A stretch of DNA of 63,812 nucleotides, the filler included, from Licmophora abbreviata (Eukaryota): NCBI GenBank assembly GCA_900291995.1. It is 23 parts of 23 records of this genome, joined end to end, with 100 filler letters (N's around TTAATTAATTAA, not from the genome) between each part and the next. Parts side by side here need not be neighbours in the genome. Positions count along the whole stretch, not along the records: positions 19,090 to 21,377 come from OLMU01006055.1; positions 21,478 to 23,016 come from OLMU01006056.1; positions 23,117 to 27,717 come from OLMU01006057.1; positions 27,818 to 29,067 come from OLMU01006058.1; positions 29,168 to 32,273 come from OLMU01006060.1; positions 32,374 to 33,726 come from OLMU01006063.1; 17 more parts are not named here. The stretch is one strand, 5' to 3'. Below, piece after piece: positions 20,899 to 32,918 of the stretch. The position numbers and the translations under genes were made by a program. The notes below the pieces were generated by a model that worked only from the letters and a program-made list of their open reading frames with translations, made no database searches and had not been told where the DNA came from. The stretch's first letter is position 1; every line of letters begins with the position of its first letter.

Positions 20899-22329
20899 TC
20901 AGCCCTTCGAGAATTCGGGATAGGCTTCCATCCCCAGTTCGGCCTTGTCCAGACCGTTGATCTCGGCTTCTTCGCTGACGCGAATGCCCATCACGGCCTT
21001 GAGGATGAACCACAGGATCAGGCTGCCGACGAAGGTGAACACACCGTAGGCGATGATGCCCATCAGCTGCGTGCCAAGGCTCGCGTCGCTGTTGTAGAAG
21101 ATGACCGCGATCGTGCCCCAGATACCTGCGAACAGGTGCACCGGGATCGCGCCGACAACGTCGTCGATCTTCAGCTTGTCCAGCAGCGGCACCGTGAAGA
21201 CCACGATCACACCACCGATGGCACCGATCCACAGCGCACCGAAGAGCGAGGGCGCCAGAGGCTCGGCCGTGATCGACACCAGACCAGCCAGCGCGCCGTT
21301 GAGCACCATGGTGAGGTCGGGCTTCTTGTGGAGAACCTGCGTCAGGATCAGCGCGGTCACCGCACCGGCCGCAGCCGNNNNNNNNNNNNNNNNNNNNNNN
21401 NNNNNNNNNNNNNNNNNNNNNTTAATTAATTAANNNNNNNNNNNNNNNNNNNNNNNNNNNNNNNNNNNNNNNNNNNNGTTGGTGTTGGCGAAGATGCGCG
21501 ACACGTCCGACACGTCACCCACGGTGCCCATGGCCAGCTGCGAGCCGCCATTGAACCCGAACCAGCCCAGCCACAGGATGAACGTACCCAGAGTGGCCAG
21601 CGCCAGGTTGGAACCCGGCATCGGGTTGACCTTGCCGTCCTTGCTGTACTTGCCAAGACGCGGTCCCAGCACGATGGCGCCCGCCAGAGCGGCCCAGCCA
21701 CCCACCGAGTGCACGACGGTCGAGCCGGCGAAGTCCGAGAACCCGGCTTCCGACAGCCAGCCGCCGCCCCACTGCCACGACCCCGAGATCGGGTACATCA
21801 CACCGGTTAGCAGGATCACGAAGATCAGGAACGGCCATAGCTTGATCCGCTCGGCCAGCGCGCCCGACACGATCGAGGCCGTGGCGGCGACGAACACCAG
21901 CTGGAAGAAGAAATCCGACCCGATCGAGGCATAGTCCAGCGCCGCATCTGCCGCCGCAACACCCACCGGATCCAGAACCGTGGTCGAGAAGAACGGCCCG
22001 ACCCAGCCCGCAACCATCCAGCCATCACCCGGATACATCAGGTTGAAGCCGATCAGCCAGTACATGATCGCGGCAAAGGAATAGAGCGCGATGTTCTTCG
22101 TCATCTGCATGGTGACGTTCTTCGACCGCACCAGCCCGCCTTCGAGCATCGCAAAGCCCGCGGCCATGAAGAAGACCAGAAAGCCCGCCATGCAGAACAG
22201 CAGGGTCGTCATGATATAGGGGCCGATTTCGTCGAAGCTGGGTGCCGCGTCCTGCGCAAGCGCCAGCGTCGGCAGCGCGGTCAGTGCCGCAGCCGCAAGG
22301 CCGGTCTTCGTGTATCGTTTCATGTCCAT
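20899..22329 (-). CDS. amtB: Ammonium transporter, interrupted by gap
   Basis: DFAGSTVVHSVGG, LWLGWFGFNGGS, NGALAGLVSIT, DDVVGAIPVH. Confidence 0.95.
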
Positions 22330-22349
22330 TATCCTTTCCCCCACGCGTC

Positions 22350-22688
22350 TCAAAGCGCGTCTTCGTTGGTTTCGCCGGTGCGCACGCGCACGGCCTGCTG
22401 GATGTCGAGAACGAAAATCTTGCCGTCGCCGATCTTGCCGGTGCGGGCCGTATTCGTGATCGTCTCGATCACCTGATCCGCCATCGACGCCGAGACCGCG
22501 ATTTCAAGTTTGACCTTGGGCACGAAATTCACGGCGTATTCGGCGCCGCGATAGATTTCCGTATGACCCGACTGCGAGCCGAAGCCCTTGATTTCCGTCA
22601 CCATCATCCCGCGTACGCCGATTTCGGTCAGCGCCTCGCGGACCTCCTCCAGCTTGAACGGTTTGATTGTCGCAATGATGAGTTTCAC
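22350..22688 (-). CDS. glnK: PII nitrogen regulatory protein
   Basis: IKPFKLEEV, EIYRGAEY, TGKIGDGKIF; directly upstream of amtB. Confidence 0.95.
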   Translation of the reverse strand: MKLIIATIKPFKLEEVREALTEIGVRGMMVTEIKGFGSQSGHTEIYRGAEYAVNFVPKVKLEIAVSASMADQVIETITNTARTGKIGDGKIFVLDIQQAVRVRTGETNEDAL

Positions 22689-22801
22689 TGGTGTCCCTTT
22701 CGGTTACGTTCACCCTGTGCGGTTTGCACTTGCAGCAAATGCGGTGAATCTCGAATCCGGAAGGCGACTCGGCGGAAAGATCGTTACTTCTCGGGGGTAA
22801 A

Positions 22802-22847
22802 TGATTAATAAATGTGCAATAAAATTAAAATGCATATAAAATAATCA
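22802..22847. promoter_or_regulatory. Two putative NtrC-binding sites upstream of glnK-amtB
   Basis: TGATTAATAAATGTGCA (22802-22818) and TGCATATAAAATAATCA (22831-22847) resemble TGCAC-N7-GTGCA, in an AT-rich patch. Confidence 0.55.
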
Positions 22848-22942
22848 AACATGGAAGGCAGCACCCCTGTTCGGCAGGGGTCTACTTTTGTTTTTCAACG
22901 GTATAATATCCCCAAAACAGACAAGTCCCGGGCAGGACCCAC

Positions 22943-25079
22943 ATGAGTAATTCAGGTCGCAAGAAACCCCGTCTCGTGGCGGACAAGCGCTATGGCGCGC
23001 CCAAGGCACCCTCGGGNNNNNNNNNNNNNNNNNNNNNNNNNNNNNNNNNNNNNNNNNNNNTTAATTAATTAANNNNNNNNNNNNNNNNNNNNNNNNNNNN
23101 NNNNNNNNNNNNNNNNCTTCCGGCTGGTCTGGGGCATCGGCTGGCGGCTCGGAGCCGTTGTTTTCCTGATCCTCGGCCTCGCCGTGGGCTATACCTACAC
23201 CACCTTGCCCGAGGTCGATGAATTCCTCGACGGGCGTGCGCGCGGCTCGGTCACGCTTCTGGACCGCGAAGGCGATGTCTTTGCTTGGCGGGGCGATCAG
23301 TTCGGTGGCGTGGTCAGTGCCGACACCGTCAGCCCGCATCTCAAAAACGCCGTCATCGCCACCGAGGACAAGCGCTTCTACATGCATCCCGGCGTCGATC
23401 CCATCGGCATCGCCAGCGCCATCCGAATCAACCTGAGCGAAGGGCGCGGCCCGCTTCAGGGGCATGGCGGCTCGACCATCACGCAACAGGCCGCGAAACT
23501 CCTGTGCTTCGGGGTGAAATACGACCGCACCCAATGGGAAAGCGAAGCCGCCTATATCCGTGACTGCCGCCGCACCTCGCTTGCGCGCAAGCTCAAGGAA
23601 GCGGTCTATGCGATGGCGATGGAGGCCAAGTATACCAAAGACGAGATCCTCTCGATCTATCTCAACCGGGCCTATCTGGGCGGCGGGGCTTACGGCGCCG
23701 AGGCTGCGTCCCAGCGGTTTTTCGGCAAGGGCGCCGCGCAATTGTCGATTTCCGAAGGCGCCATGCTGGCGGGCCTTCTGACCGCGCCCTCTACCCTTGC
23801 GCCGACCGCCAATCTGGAACGCTCGCAGAACCGCGCCTCGGTCGTGGTGCGGCTGATGCGCGACCAGGGATATATCTCGGCCTCTGACGCGGCCACGGCC
23901 TTGGCCCAACCCGCCGAACTCAGCGAAGCCGCCGAACGGCAGGCGGGCGGCTATTTCGCCGATTGGGTAATGTCGTCAGGGCCGGAATTCTTCACCCGCG
24001 ACACCACCGAAGACGTGATTATCCGCACCACGCTCGATCAGCGCATGCAGACCGCTGCCGAAGAGGCGCTCAGCTACATCTTCGAAAACAAGGTTCGCGA
24101 AGGCTCCAAGGCGCAGGCTGCGATCGTGGTGATGTCGGCGGATGGTGCGGTGCGTGCGATGGTCGGCGGGCGCAAGACCCGTGTCACCGGCGCCTTCAAC
24201 CGCGCCACGCAAGCCAAGCGCCAGACCGGCTCGGCCTTCAAACCCTTCATCTATGCCACGGCACTTGAATTGGGCTACACGCATGATTCGACGGTGGTCG
24301 ATGAGCCCTTCTGCCTCGATGTTCCCGGCTCCGGCCGCTGGTGCCCGGAAAATTACACCCGCAACTATTATGGTCGCGTCACGCTGACCGACGCGCTCAA
24401 GAACTCGCTCAACATTCCCGCGGTGAAGATCTCGGAAAGCGTGGGCCGTGATCTGGTGCGCAAGGTGGCCAGCGATTTCGGGATCGAAAGCGCTCTGGAC
24501 GCAGGTCCGGCCCTTGCGCTCGGCACGTCGGAAAGCACGCTGATCGAAATGACCGGCGCCTATGCCGGCATCCTGAATGGCGGCTCGTCGGTCACGCCCT
24601 ATGGTCTGGTCGAACTGCGCCTTCTGGGCGACGAGGAGTCGCTGATGGGAACCGCGGGCGGCATCCGCGAGCGTGTCATTCAGGAAGACGCCGCGCGCGA
24701 GCTGATCTGGATGATGCATCAGGTGGTTCAAAGCGGCACGGGCGGGCGCGCGAAACTCCCCGACCGCGAAGTGGCGGGCAAGACCGGCACGACACAGGCC
24801 GCGCGCGATGCGTGGTTCCTTGGCTTCACCGCCGATTACGTCGCCGGGGTCTGGATGGGCTATGACGACAACACGCCGCTGACCGGGGTCACCGGAAGTG
24901 GGCTTCCGGCTGAAATCTGGCACGAGACGATGCTGCGGGTCCACGAGGGGGTCGAGCCGCGCCCGCTGCCCATGCTGCGCCCCGCTCCCAAACCGGCCCC
25001 CTCCCAGCCGGTCCGCCGAGAGCCTGATAGCGGCAATGCGATCGAAAATCTGTTGCGCGGTCTGTTCGGCGCGCAATGA
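22943..25079 (+). CDS. Class A penicillin-binding protein (PBP1A family), interrupted by gap
   Basis: EDKRFY, GGSTITQQ, RKLKE; transpeptidase motifs SAFK, SLN, KTGT. Confidence 0.93.
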
Positions 25080-25196
25080 CGGCGGTGTTTTTGCGGCCCG
25101 GATAATCCGGCCTTCAGCGACTTGTGGACACAAATTCGGGTTTCGGATCGGTTTTTCGTCCTAAACGCGCGTAGGTTTCGTACGGTTCGTACAGAC

Positions 25197-25802
25197 CTAT
25201 CCGGCGCTGCGCAGGTCTTGAATCAGCCCGTCGATATCGCCCCGGCGGCGGTCCAGCATCGCGCCGATCTCGGTTCGTTCGCTCAGACGCAGGCTGATCC
25301 CTTCGATCACCATATCGAAGAAAAGATCTTGTCCAGACCGGTCCGACACTAGGAAACGTACCTCGAAAGGCGCCTCGCCACGCAGATAGACGGTCGAGGC
25401 GACCTCGTGCCAGGACTTCACCTGACGCACGCCCTTGACCTCGATCCGGCCTCCGACGAACTCGTTGAAACGCTTGCCATATTTCCGCGCAATGTAGCCG
25501 CGGAAGGCATCCACGAACGCCCGCATCTGCCCCGAACTCAGCCGCCGCGAATCCGGCCCGAGCGTCGATTGAGCGATGATGTTCACATCCGCATAGCGCG
25601 AGAAAATACGCTCGAAGTCGCTGATCATCGCGCCCACGGGCTTGCCCGAGCTGATCACACGGTTGATCTCGTTGACCACCTGATCCACCAACGCCTTGGC
25701 CTTGGCGTCGGTCAGCGCAAGCGCCGCACCGGGTGCAGTCACAAGTCCTGTAAGTGCAAGCCCTGTAACGATAAAACCGCGTCTTGATAGATCATTCATC
25801 AT
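25197..25802 (-). CDS. mlaC: Phospholipid-binding protein MlaC/Ttg2D
   Basis: Tat-like SRRGF signal; FFDMVIEGISL; overlaps the mlaA stop. Confidence 0.82.
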   Translation of the reverse strand: MMNDLSRRGFIVTGLALTGLVTAPGAALALTDAKAKALVDQVVNEINRVISSGKPVGAMISDFERIFSRYADVNIIAQSTLGPDSRRLSSGQMRAFVDAFRGYIARKYGKRFNEFVGGRIEVKGVRQVKSWHEVASTVYLRGEAPFEVRFLVSDRSGQDLFFDMVIEGISLRLSERTEIGAMLDRRRGDIDGLIQDLRSAG

Positions 25803-26616
25803 AAGGGTCCCCGTAACTTCCGGTGGGCAGATCGTATGGATCATCCGCCGTTCCGTATGTTGCATCATAGGGGTCAAGATAAGAACCCTCCCGGCCTTGG
25901 CCCAGTTCGAACCGTCGATTCTGAAGATAAAGTGATCGGGCCTGTGCGTAGCTGTCCGCACTCTCGTAAAGAATGGAATCGATCGTATCCGAGAACCGCC
26001 CCCGGTCACTCAGCCGCGACGATACCGAAGCCACTGTTCCGTAATAGTTTTCCGGTGAGTCCAGTGCGTAGGTCAGCGGGTTGGTGAAGACATCCACGAC
26101 CTTGCCCCATGCCGCCCGTTCGGTCGATGGGCCAAGCAGTGGCAACTCCACATAGCCCCCCTCGCGCACGCCCCAGACATACAGCGTCTCGCCGAAATCG
26201 GCGTCCGTCGCTTCTGGCATGCCAAGTTCGGTTGCTGGATCGAAGAACCCGCCAAGCCCCATGGTCGAGTTTACCACGAACCGATAGGTGTCCTCGGTCG
26301 CGCCCCTGCCATTGCCCTGCAAGATATTGTTAACAATGGATCCCGGCAGCGAAAGGTTGAAGGCGAAACGCCCGATCAGCGTTTCGATATCGTCCGGAAG
26401 AAAGTTGGAATACCCCCGCCCCGCCGGACGGATCACCGCGCGGTCGAGCGATCTGTTGAATTCATGGATCTTGCGATTCGTCGGCTCATAAGGATCGAAC
26501 GGATCTTCGGGTGAATGTCCGGGGCCGGGTGCCGCGCAAGCAGCCATAAGCAGCAAAGCTCCCAATGCGGGAGCCAGTCGGAAAGGACGGGATATCAGGG
26601 TCAGGGCAGCAGACAA
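25792..26616 (-). CDS. mlaA: VacJ/MlaA lipoprotein (start uncertain)
   Basis: DPYEPTNR..FN, RFVVNSTMGLGG, DFGETLYVWG, LPLLGPST. Confidence 0.9.
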   Translation of the reverse strand: MSAALTLISRPFRLAPALGALLLMAACAAPGPGHSPEDPFDPYEPTNRKIHEFNRSLDRAVIRPAGRGYSNFLPDDIETLIGRFAFNLSLPGSIVNNILQGNGRGATEDTYRFVVNSTMGLGGFFDPATELGMPEATDADFGETLYVWGVREGGYVELPLLGPSTERAAWGKVVDVFTNPLTYALDSPENYYGTVASVSSRLSDRGRFSDTIDSILYESADSYAQARSLYLQNRRFELGQGREGSYLDPYDATYGTADDPYDLPTGSYGDPYDE

Positions 26617-26840
26617 GGATAAGACCAATTCAAATGCAACGTAGGGCGTACATAACGCATCCAAGCATGATGCCCATAAAGCCGTAAAGCGAGTCATTTT
26701 TGTTGTTGCATTCAGGTGACAACTTCCGGGCCCCGATTGAGTGGCACTTCCGCTGGCCGCGCCCGTTTTCAGGGCATTTTTTTGATTTCCTTCCTGCGGT
26801 TCACGGGCTAGCGTCCGGCGAAACCTGAACAAGCGAGGAC

Positions 26841-27308
26841 ATGACTATGGGAACATTCGAAGCGAAACTGGCCGAGCTTGGCGTGTCATTGCCCGACGCT
26901 CCGGCGCCGGCGGCCAATTATGTTCCCTATGTGCAGGTGGGCGACATGCTGTTCGTGTCCGGCCAGATTTCCAAAGACGGTGACACGTTGATCACCGGAA
27001 AGCTCGGGCAGGACATGGACACGGCAGCAGGCGCCGAGGCTGCCAAGGTTTGCGCCATCGCGCTGCTGGCGCAGGTCAAGGCGGCGTGCGGGGGTGATCT
27101 GGACCGGTTGAAGCGGGTGGTCAAACTCACTGGCTTCGTCAACTCCACCCCGGAGTACACCGAACAGCCGCAGGTCATCAACGGTGCCTCGGATTTCATT
27201 GGTGCAGCGCTTGGGGATGCGGGCAAACATTCACGCTCGGCGGTGTCGGCAGCGGCGCTTCCCTTTGGCGTAGCTGTTGAAATCGAAGGGATATTCCAGA
27301 TCGGATGA
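26841..27308 (+). CDS. RidA/YjgF family protein
   Basis: PAANYVP, VSGQI, NGASD, HSRSAV, VAVEIE. Confidence 0.9.
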   Translation: MTMGTFEAKLAELGVSLPDAPAPAANYVPYVQVGDMLFVSGQISKDGDTLITGKLGQDMDTAAGAEAAKVCAIALLAQVKAACGGDLDRLKRVVKLTGFVNSTPEYTEQPQVINGASDFIGAALGDAGKHSRSAVSAAALPFGVAVEIEGIFQIG

Positions 27309-28051
27309 GCACTCTTCCCGAGGTTTTCCGCCGCCTGCCCATGGCGCATCGCGGATTGCATGATGTGCGATCCGGGCGGCCGGAAAACTCGGTCGAGGCT
27401 GTCAGTGCGGCGATCGAGGCCGGCTACGGGATCGAGATCGACCTGCAGCTTTCCTCCGATGCCCGTGCCATGGTCTTCCATGATTACGACCTGACCCGGC
27501 TGACTGGTACCAAGGGGCCGATCCGCCAAAGAACAGCGCAGGACCTGACCGCCATGCCGCTGCTTGGCGGTACTGCGGGCATTCCGACTTTCGCAGCGCT
27601 GCTCGATCACGTTGCGGGGCGCGCCCCCTTGCTGGTTGAACTCAAGGATCAGCACGGTCAGATGGGTGAAACCGATGGGCAGCTTGAGCAGGCTGTTGCA
27701 AGAGATCTGCAGGGATANNNNNNNNNNNNNNNNNNNNNNNNNNNNNNNNNNNNNNNNNNNNTTAATTAATTAANNNNNNNNNNNNNNNNNNNNNNNNNNN
27801 NNNNNNNNNNNNNNNNNCTCAGGCGCGGGGTGCGGCATCGGCTGCGCGACATCCCGGACTATGACCGGGTCGGCGCCAGCTTCATCAGCCATTCCGCGAA
27901 AGGTCTGGATCAGCCGAGGGTGGCGGAGCTCAAGGCGGCGGGCGCGGCTGTCTTGTGCTGGACCATTCGTTCCGGCGCCGAAGAAACACAGGCGCGCAAG
28001 GTGGCCGACAACATCACGTTCGAGGGCTATTTGCCTGAAATTCCATCTTGA
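27305..28051 (+). CDS. Glycerophosphodiester phosphodiesterase, interrupted by gap
   Basis: AHRGLH, PENS, IEIDLQ, VFHD, LVELK; C-terminal WTIRS...NITFEG. Confidence 0.88.
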
Positions 28052-28103
28052 TCCGCGCCGCGCCGGCCACAGATTGCAGGCAAGGGTCACAAAGCGAATG
28101 GTC

Positions 28104-29067
28104 ATGGCAGAGCATCAGGTCGAGATCACAATCCACCACAGCCTTGCGCAGATCGATGCCGAGGTCTGGGATGCCTGCGCCTGTCCCGAAGCGGCGGATG
28201 GCGGCAGGCCTTTTGATCCGTTCACCACATATCGCTTCCTCAAGGCGCTGGAGGACAGCCGGTCGGTGGGCACGGGAACCGGCTGGACGCCCTATTACAT
28301 GACCGCCGAGTGCGCCGGTCAAACCATTGGCGCAGCACCACTTTTTCTCAAGTCCCACAGTCAGGGCGAATATATCTTCGACCATAATTGGGGCCATGCC
28401 TATGAACGCGCAGGCGGGCGCTATTACCCCAAGCTGCAGATCGCGGTTCCGTTTACCCCGGTCACCGGTCGGCGCTTCCTGACCCGGCCCGGTTTCGAGC
28501 AGCAGGGCCGTGCTGCGCTGGTGCAGGGGGCTGTGCAACTTGCGGAAAACAATGGGCTTTCCTCGCTTCACGTGACCTTTTGCACCCAAGAGGAACTTGA
28601 CGCAGGCGCCGCCATGGGGCTGATGCCCCGGCGCACGCAGCAATACCATTGGGTCAACCGCACCTACCCGGATTTCGAAGGGTTTCTGGACTCGCTCAGC
28701 TCGCGCAAGCGCAAGACGATCCGAAAAGAGCGGCGCGTTGCCCAGGAATTCGGAGGTGAAATCAAACAGTTGACCGGGGATGCCATCGAAAGGCACCATT
28801 GGGACGCGATCTGGCAATTCTATCAGGACACCGGCGCGCGCAAATGGGGGATGCCCTATCTCACGCGGGCGTTCTTCGATATCGCCCACCGGGATTTGCG
28901 CGACGATATCCTTCTGGTGCTGGCTGAACGCGATGGAAGGCCGGTTGCAGGGGCGATGAACCTCATCGGTCGGGACCGGCTTTATGGGCGGTACTGGGGC
29001 TGTTCCGAGCATCACCCCTGCCTGCATTTCGAGCTATGTTATTATCAGGCAATGGATTTTTCGATTG
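28104..29067 (+). CDS. GNAT/FemAB-like protein (3' truncated)
   Basis: KSHSQGEYIFD, YYPKL..VPFTPVTG, LYGRYWG, LHFELCYYQ. Confidence 0.88.
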
Positions 29068-29167
29068 NNNNNNNNNNNNNNNNNNNNNNNNNNNNNNNNN
29101 NNNNNNNNNNNTTAATTAATTAANNNNNNNNNNNNNNNNNNNNNNNNNNNNNNNNNNNNNNNNNNNN

Positions 29168-29534
29168 CGAGGCCTGCGGGCGGGGCGTCGAAATCCATGC
29201 CGACGGCTTTGGTGAAGGCCGAATCAGGATCGCCCAGCATGGTGATCCCGGCATCCGCCGCGCCGGTGTCCTTGCCCCAGGCGCGCATCACGAACGGGTC
29301 ATTGACCGAGATGCAGATGATCTCGTCCACGCCCTTTTCGGCGAACTGGTCCTTGGTGCGCATGAAGCTGGGCACATGCGCGGAATGGCATGTCGGCGTA
29401 AAGGCGCCCGGCACGGCGAAGATCACCACCTTGCGGCCCGCGGTCTTGTCGGACAACGTCACGCTCTCGGGGCCGTTCTCGCCCATCTGAAGAAGTGTCG
29501 CGTCGGGGAGTTTGTCGCCTTTGGAAATTGTCAT
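29168..29534 (-). CDS. Peroxiredoxin (Prx5 type), 3' truncated
   Basis: PGAFTPTC..HVP; SVNDPFVM. Confidence 0.92.
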
Positions 29535-29624
29535 GGTTCGTCCCTGTCTGTGAATTGCGTTTCGACTGAAGCTGGTTATAGGGTCAGCAGGATCGGGTGA
29601 CCATGAAAAATCAGGAGATTCAAG

Positions 29625-30836
29625 ATGGCCGGTATCGTCGTGATCGGGGCAGGGCAGGCGGGGGCGTCCTGTGCGGCGAAACTGCGCGCCCTTGGGCATG
29701 ATGGCCCGATCACCCTGATCGGCGAGGAACCCGTGCCGCCCTATCAGCGCCCACCGCTCAGCAAGAAATACCTGCTGGGCGAGATGGCGCTCGAGCGACT
29801 CTTTCTGCGACCCGAGAGCTATTACGCCGAGGCGGATATCGCCTTGCACCTCAATTGCACCGTGACGGCGATCGACCGCAAGGACCGGGCGGTGATCGCA
29901 GGCGGGCAGGCCATTGGCTATGATGAACTGGTGCTCACCACAGGCTCGGTGCCGCGCCGCCTTCCGGGGCGAATCGGCGGCGAATTGGCGGGTGTCCATG
30001 TGGTGCGTGATCTCAAGGATGCCGACAGCATGGCGCCCGAATTCGTGGCGGGCCGCCATGTGCTGATCGTCGGCGGCGGGTATATCGGGCTCGAGGCGGC
30101 GGCGGTGGCGGCCAGCCGGGGTCTGAAGGTGACGCTGGTGGAAATGGGCGCGCGCATCCTGCAACGGGTGGCCGCGCCGGAAACCTCGGAGTATTTCCGC
30201 GCGCTGCACCGCGCGCATGGGGTCGATATCCGCGAAGGGATCGGGCTCGAGACCTTGCTGGGCGAAACCCGTGTGCGTGCGGCGCGGCTGAGCGACGGCA
30301 CCGAGATCGATGTGGATTTCGTCATCGTGGGGGTGGGCATCACGCCGGCGACGGAATTGGCCGAAATGGCGGGGCTCGAGATCGAGAACGGCATCCGCAC
30401 CGATGAATTCGGGCGCAGCAGCGATCCGCATATCTGGGCGGCGGGCGATTGCGCGTCGTTCCCGCATGAGGGCGGGCGCCTCCGGCTGGAAAGCGTGCCC
30501 AATGCGATCGACATGGCCGAATGCGTTGCGGCAAACATCCTCGGCGCCGAGACGCCCTATGTGCCGCAGCCGTGGTTCTGGTCGGATCAGTATGACGTCA
30601 AGCTGCAGATCGCCGGGCTGAACACCGGCTATGACCGGATCGTCACGCGGCAGGGCGACGGCGCGGGGCATGTGTCGTTCTGGTATTACAAGGGCGACCG
30701 GCTGCTTGCGGTCGACGCCATGAACGAGCCGCGCGCCTATATGGTGGGCAAGCGGCTGATCGATGCGGGCAAATCGGCCGATCCTGCGCGCGTGGCCGAT
30801 CCTGCCACCGACCTCAAGGCGTTGCTGAGCGCGTGA
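29625..30836 (+). CDS. NAD(P)/FAD-dependent ferredoxin reductase
   Basis: GAGQAG, PYQRPPLSK, GGGYIGLE, AAGDC, PWFWSDQY. Confidence 0.9.
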   Translation: MAGIVVIGAGQAGASCAAKLRALGHDGPITLIGEEPVPPYQRPPLSKKYLLGEMALERLFLRPESYYAEADIALHLNCTVTAIDRKDRAVIAGGQAIGYDELVLTTGSVPRRLPGRIGGELAGVHVVRDLKDADSMAPEFVAGRHVLIVGGGYIGLEAAAVAASRGLKVTLVEMGARILQRVAAPETSEYFRALHRAHGVDIREGIGLETLLGETRVRAARLSDGTEIDVDFVIVGVGITPATELAEMAGLEIENGIRTDEFGRSSDPHIWAAGDCASFPHEGGRLRLESVPNAIDMAECVAANILGAETPYVPQPWFWSDQYDVKLQIAGLNTGYDRIVTRQGDGAGHVSFWYYKGDRLLAVDAMNEPRAYMVGKRLIDAGKSADPARVADPATDLKALLSA

Positions 30837-31390
30837 GGATTATCGCGGGCGCATTCCGAGGCCGACGGCTGGCCAGTGTGGGCAAGGGCGACGCGGGCGC
30901 GCATCTGCGCCCCACGGCCGACAGGGTCCGCGAAAGCCTGTTCAACGTGCTCACCAGCCGGTTCGACGATCCCTGCTCGGGCGCGATTGTGCTCGATCTT
31001 TTCGCCGGGACCGGGGCGCTGGGGCTTGAGGCGCTGTCGCGCGGCGCGGCAAGCGCTGTCTTCGTGGAAAACGGCCGCACGGCGCTGGGCCTTTTGCGCC
31101 AGAATATCGCGCTCTGCGATGTCGCGGACCGGGCGCGCATCCTGCAGCGCGACGCGCGCAAGATCGGCGCCTGCACGGATCAGGCGGCGACGCTGGTGTT
31201 TCTTGACCCGCCCTATGGCAAGGCCCTGGGCGAGGCGGCGCTTGCAGCGGCGCTGGACGCGGGCTGGATCGCGCCGGGTGCGCTAATCGTCTGGGAGGAA
31301 AGTGCCGCCATCACGCCGCCCGAGGGCCTCGCTCTGCAGGACGAGCGGCGCCATGGCGACACGGTGATCCGCATCTTTCAGCGCGCCTGA
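30833..31390 (+). CDS. rsmD: 16S rRNA m2G966 methyltransferase
   Basis: MRII.G, RPT.DRVRESLFN, DLFAGTGALG.EALSRGA, DPPY. Confidence 0.93.
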   Translation: MRIIAGAFRGRRLASVGKGDAGAHLRPTADRVRESLFNVLTSRFDDPCSGAIVLDLFAGTGALGLEALSRGAASAVFVENGRTALGLLRQNIALCDVADRARILQRDARKIGACTDQAATLVFLDPPYGKALGEAALAAALDAGWIAPGALIVWEESAAITPPEGLALQDERRHGDTVIRIFQRA

Positions 31391-31398
31391 CCCTGCTG

Positions 31399-31452
31399 TT
31401 TCTTCTGGCCTGAAATATCCTATCCGGATTTCAACGGCGGGGGCTTGCCCCC
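31399..31452 (-). repeat. Short intergenic palindromic repeat, copy 1
   Basis: Reverse complement GGGGGCAAGCCCCC...GGATATTTCAGGCCAGAAGAAA matches 32919-32991. Confidence 0.65.
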
Positions 31453-31467
31453 GCCGCCGGTTGCCCT

Positions 31468-32273
31468 TCAGCCTTTCATCAGGTCCGGCAGATCGCCGGT
31501 CAGCCCCGCGGCCTCGCGGATGAAGCCGCGGCGCAGTTTGGGCCATGCATTGAGCGCGCCCATGCCAAGATCGCGCCCGAGGCGCAAAAGCGGGTTGTCG
31601 TTGGAAAACAGCCGGTTGGTGGCATCGGTCACCAGCGCAAGTGTCGCGGTGTCGAAGCGGCGCCATTGCTGGTAGCGCGCCAGCACGTCCGCAGCGGCGA
31701 AATCCTCGCCCCTGTGGCGCGCGTCGGCGATCACCTGCGCCAAGGCGCCGACATCGCGCAGGCCCGCGTTCAGCCCCTGACCGGCGATCGGGTGCAACCC
31801 GTGGGCCGCGTCACCGATCAGCGCCACGCGCGGGGCCACGAGGCTGTTGGCCAGCGTCAGGTTCAGCGGATAGGTGTAGCGTTTGCCGCGCAGGCGGATA
31901 TCGCCCAGGAAATCGCCGAAGCGCGGGCGCAGCACCTTGAGGAAATCCGCATCGCTCAAGGCGACGAACTCGCGGGCGGTCTGGTCGCTCTCGCTCCAGA
32001 CGATCGAGCTGACATTGCCCGGCAGCGGCAGGATCGCCAGCGGGCCGGGGGGCATGAAGAACTGATGTGCGATGCCGTTATGCGGCAGCTCGTGTTCGAT
32101 GGCGGCGACAAGGGCGGTCTGACCATAGCCCCAGCCGGTGCGCCTGATGCCCGCGCGCCGCGCCGTGCCCGAGGCACGCCCGTCCGAGCCGACGATCAGC
32201 CTTGCGTTGACCGTATCGCCCGAGGCCAGTGACAGGCTGGCGCCTTGTGTGTCGGCCTGTTGAGCGATGACGG
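31468..32273 (-). CDS. UbiH/UbiF family FAD-dependent hydroxylase (5' truncated)
   Basis: GDAAHGLHPIAGQGLNAGLRDV. Confidence 0.9.
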
Positions 32274-32373
32274 NNNNNNNNNNNNNNNNNNNNNNNNNNN
32301 NNNNNNNNNNNNNNNNNTTAATTAATTAANNNNNNNNNNNNNNNNNNNNNNNNNNNNNNNNNNNNNNNNNNNN

Positions 32374-32905
32374 GGCCTATGAGGCGGCGGTTGCCCGGCT
32401 GGAGGCGGCAGGCGCGATCGTCGAGTCGGTGGAGGCGCCAGAGCTGCTCGAGGCGATGCCGATGTCGGCGGTGCTCTATACGGCGGAGGCCTATGGCATA
32501 TGGTCGGAGGTGATCGAGGCCGCCCCGGACAAGATGTTCGCGCCGATCCTCGAGCGGTTCAGGGGCGGACGAGATGTGCCGGCGGCGGCGTATGTCGCCG
32601 CGTGGCGCAGGCTCGAGGAGCTGCGGAGCGCATGGCACGCGCGGATGGCGGGATATGATGCGGTCATCATGCCCACGGCGCCCAACCTGCCGCCCGATGC
32701 GGCCAAGCTGATGCAGGATGATGCCTATTACGTCACCGAGAACCTGTTGACATTGCGCAACACCCGAGTGGGCAACCTGATGGGGCTTCCGGCGGTGAGC
32801 CTGCCTACGGGGCGGCCCTCCTGCGGGGTGATGCTGTGCGGCGCACCGATGCAGGAAGAGCGGCTTTTGCGTCTGTGCAAGGCGGCAGAGGCGGCTTTGG
32901 GCTGA
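32374..32905 (+). CDS. Amidase family protein, C-terminal part
   Basis: DAVIMPT, LRNTRVGNLMGLPAVSLP, EERLLR. Confidence 0.8.
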
Positions 32906-32918
32906 ACCGGAGCGGGGT

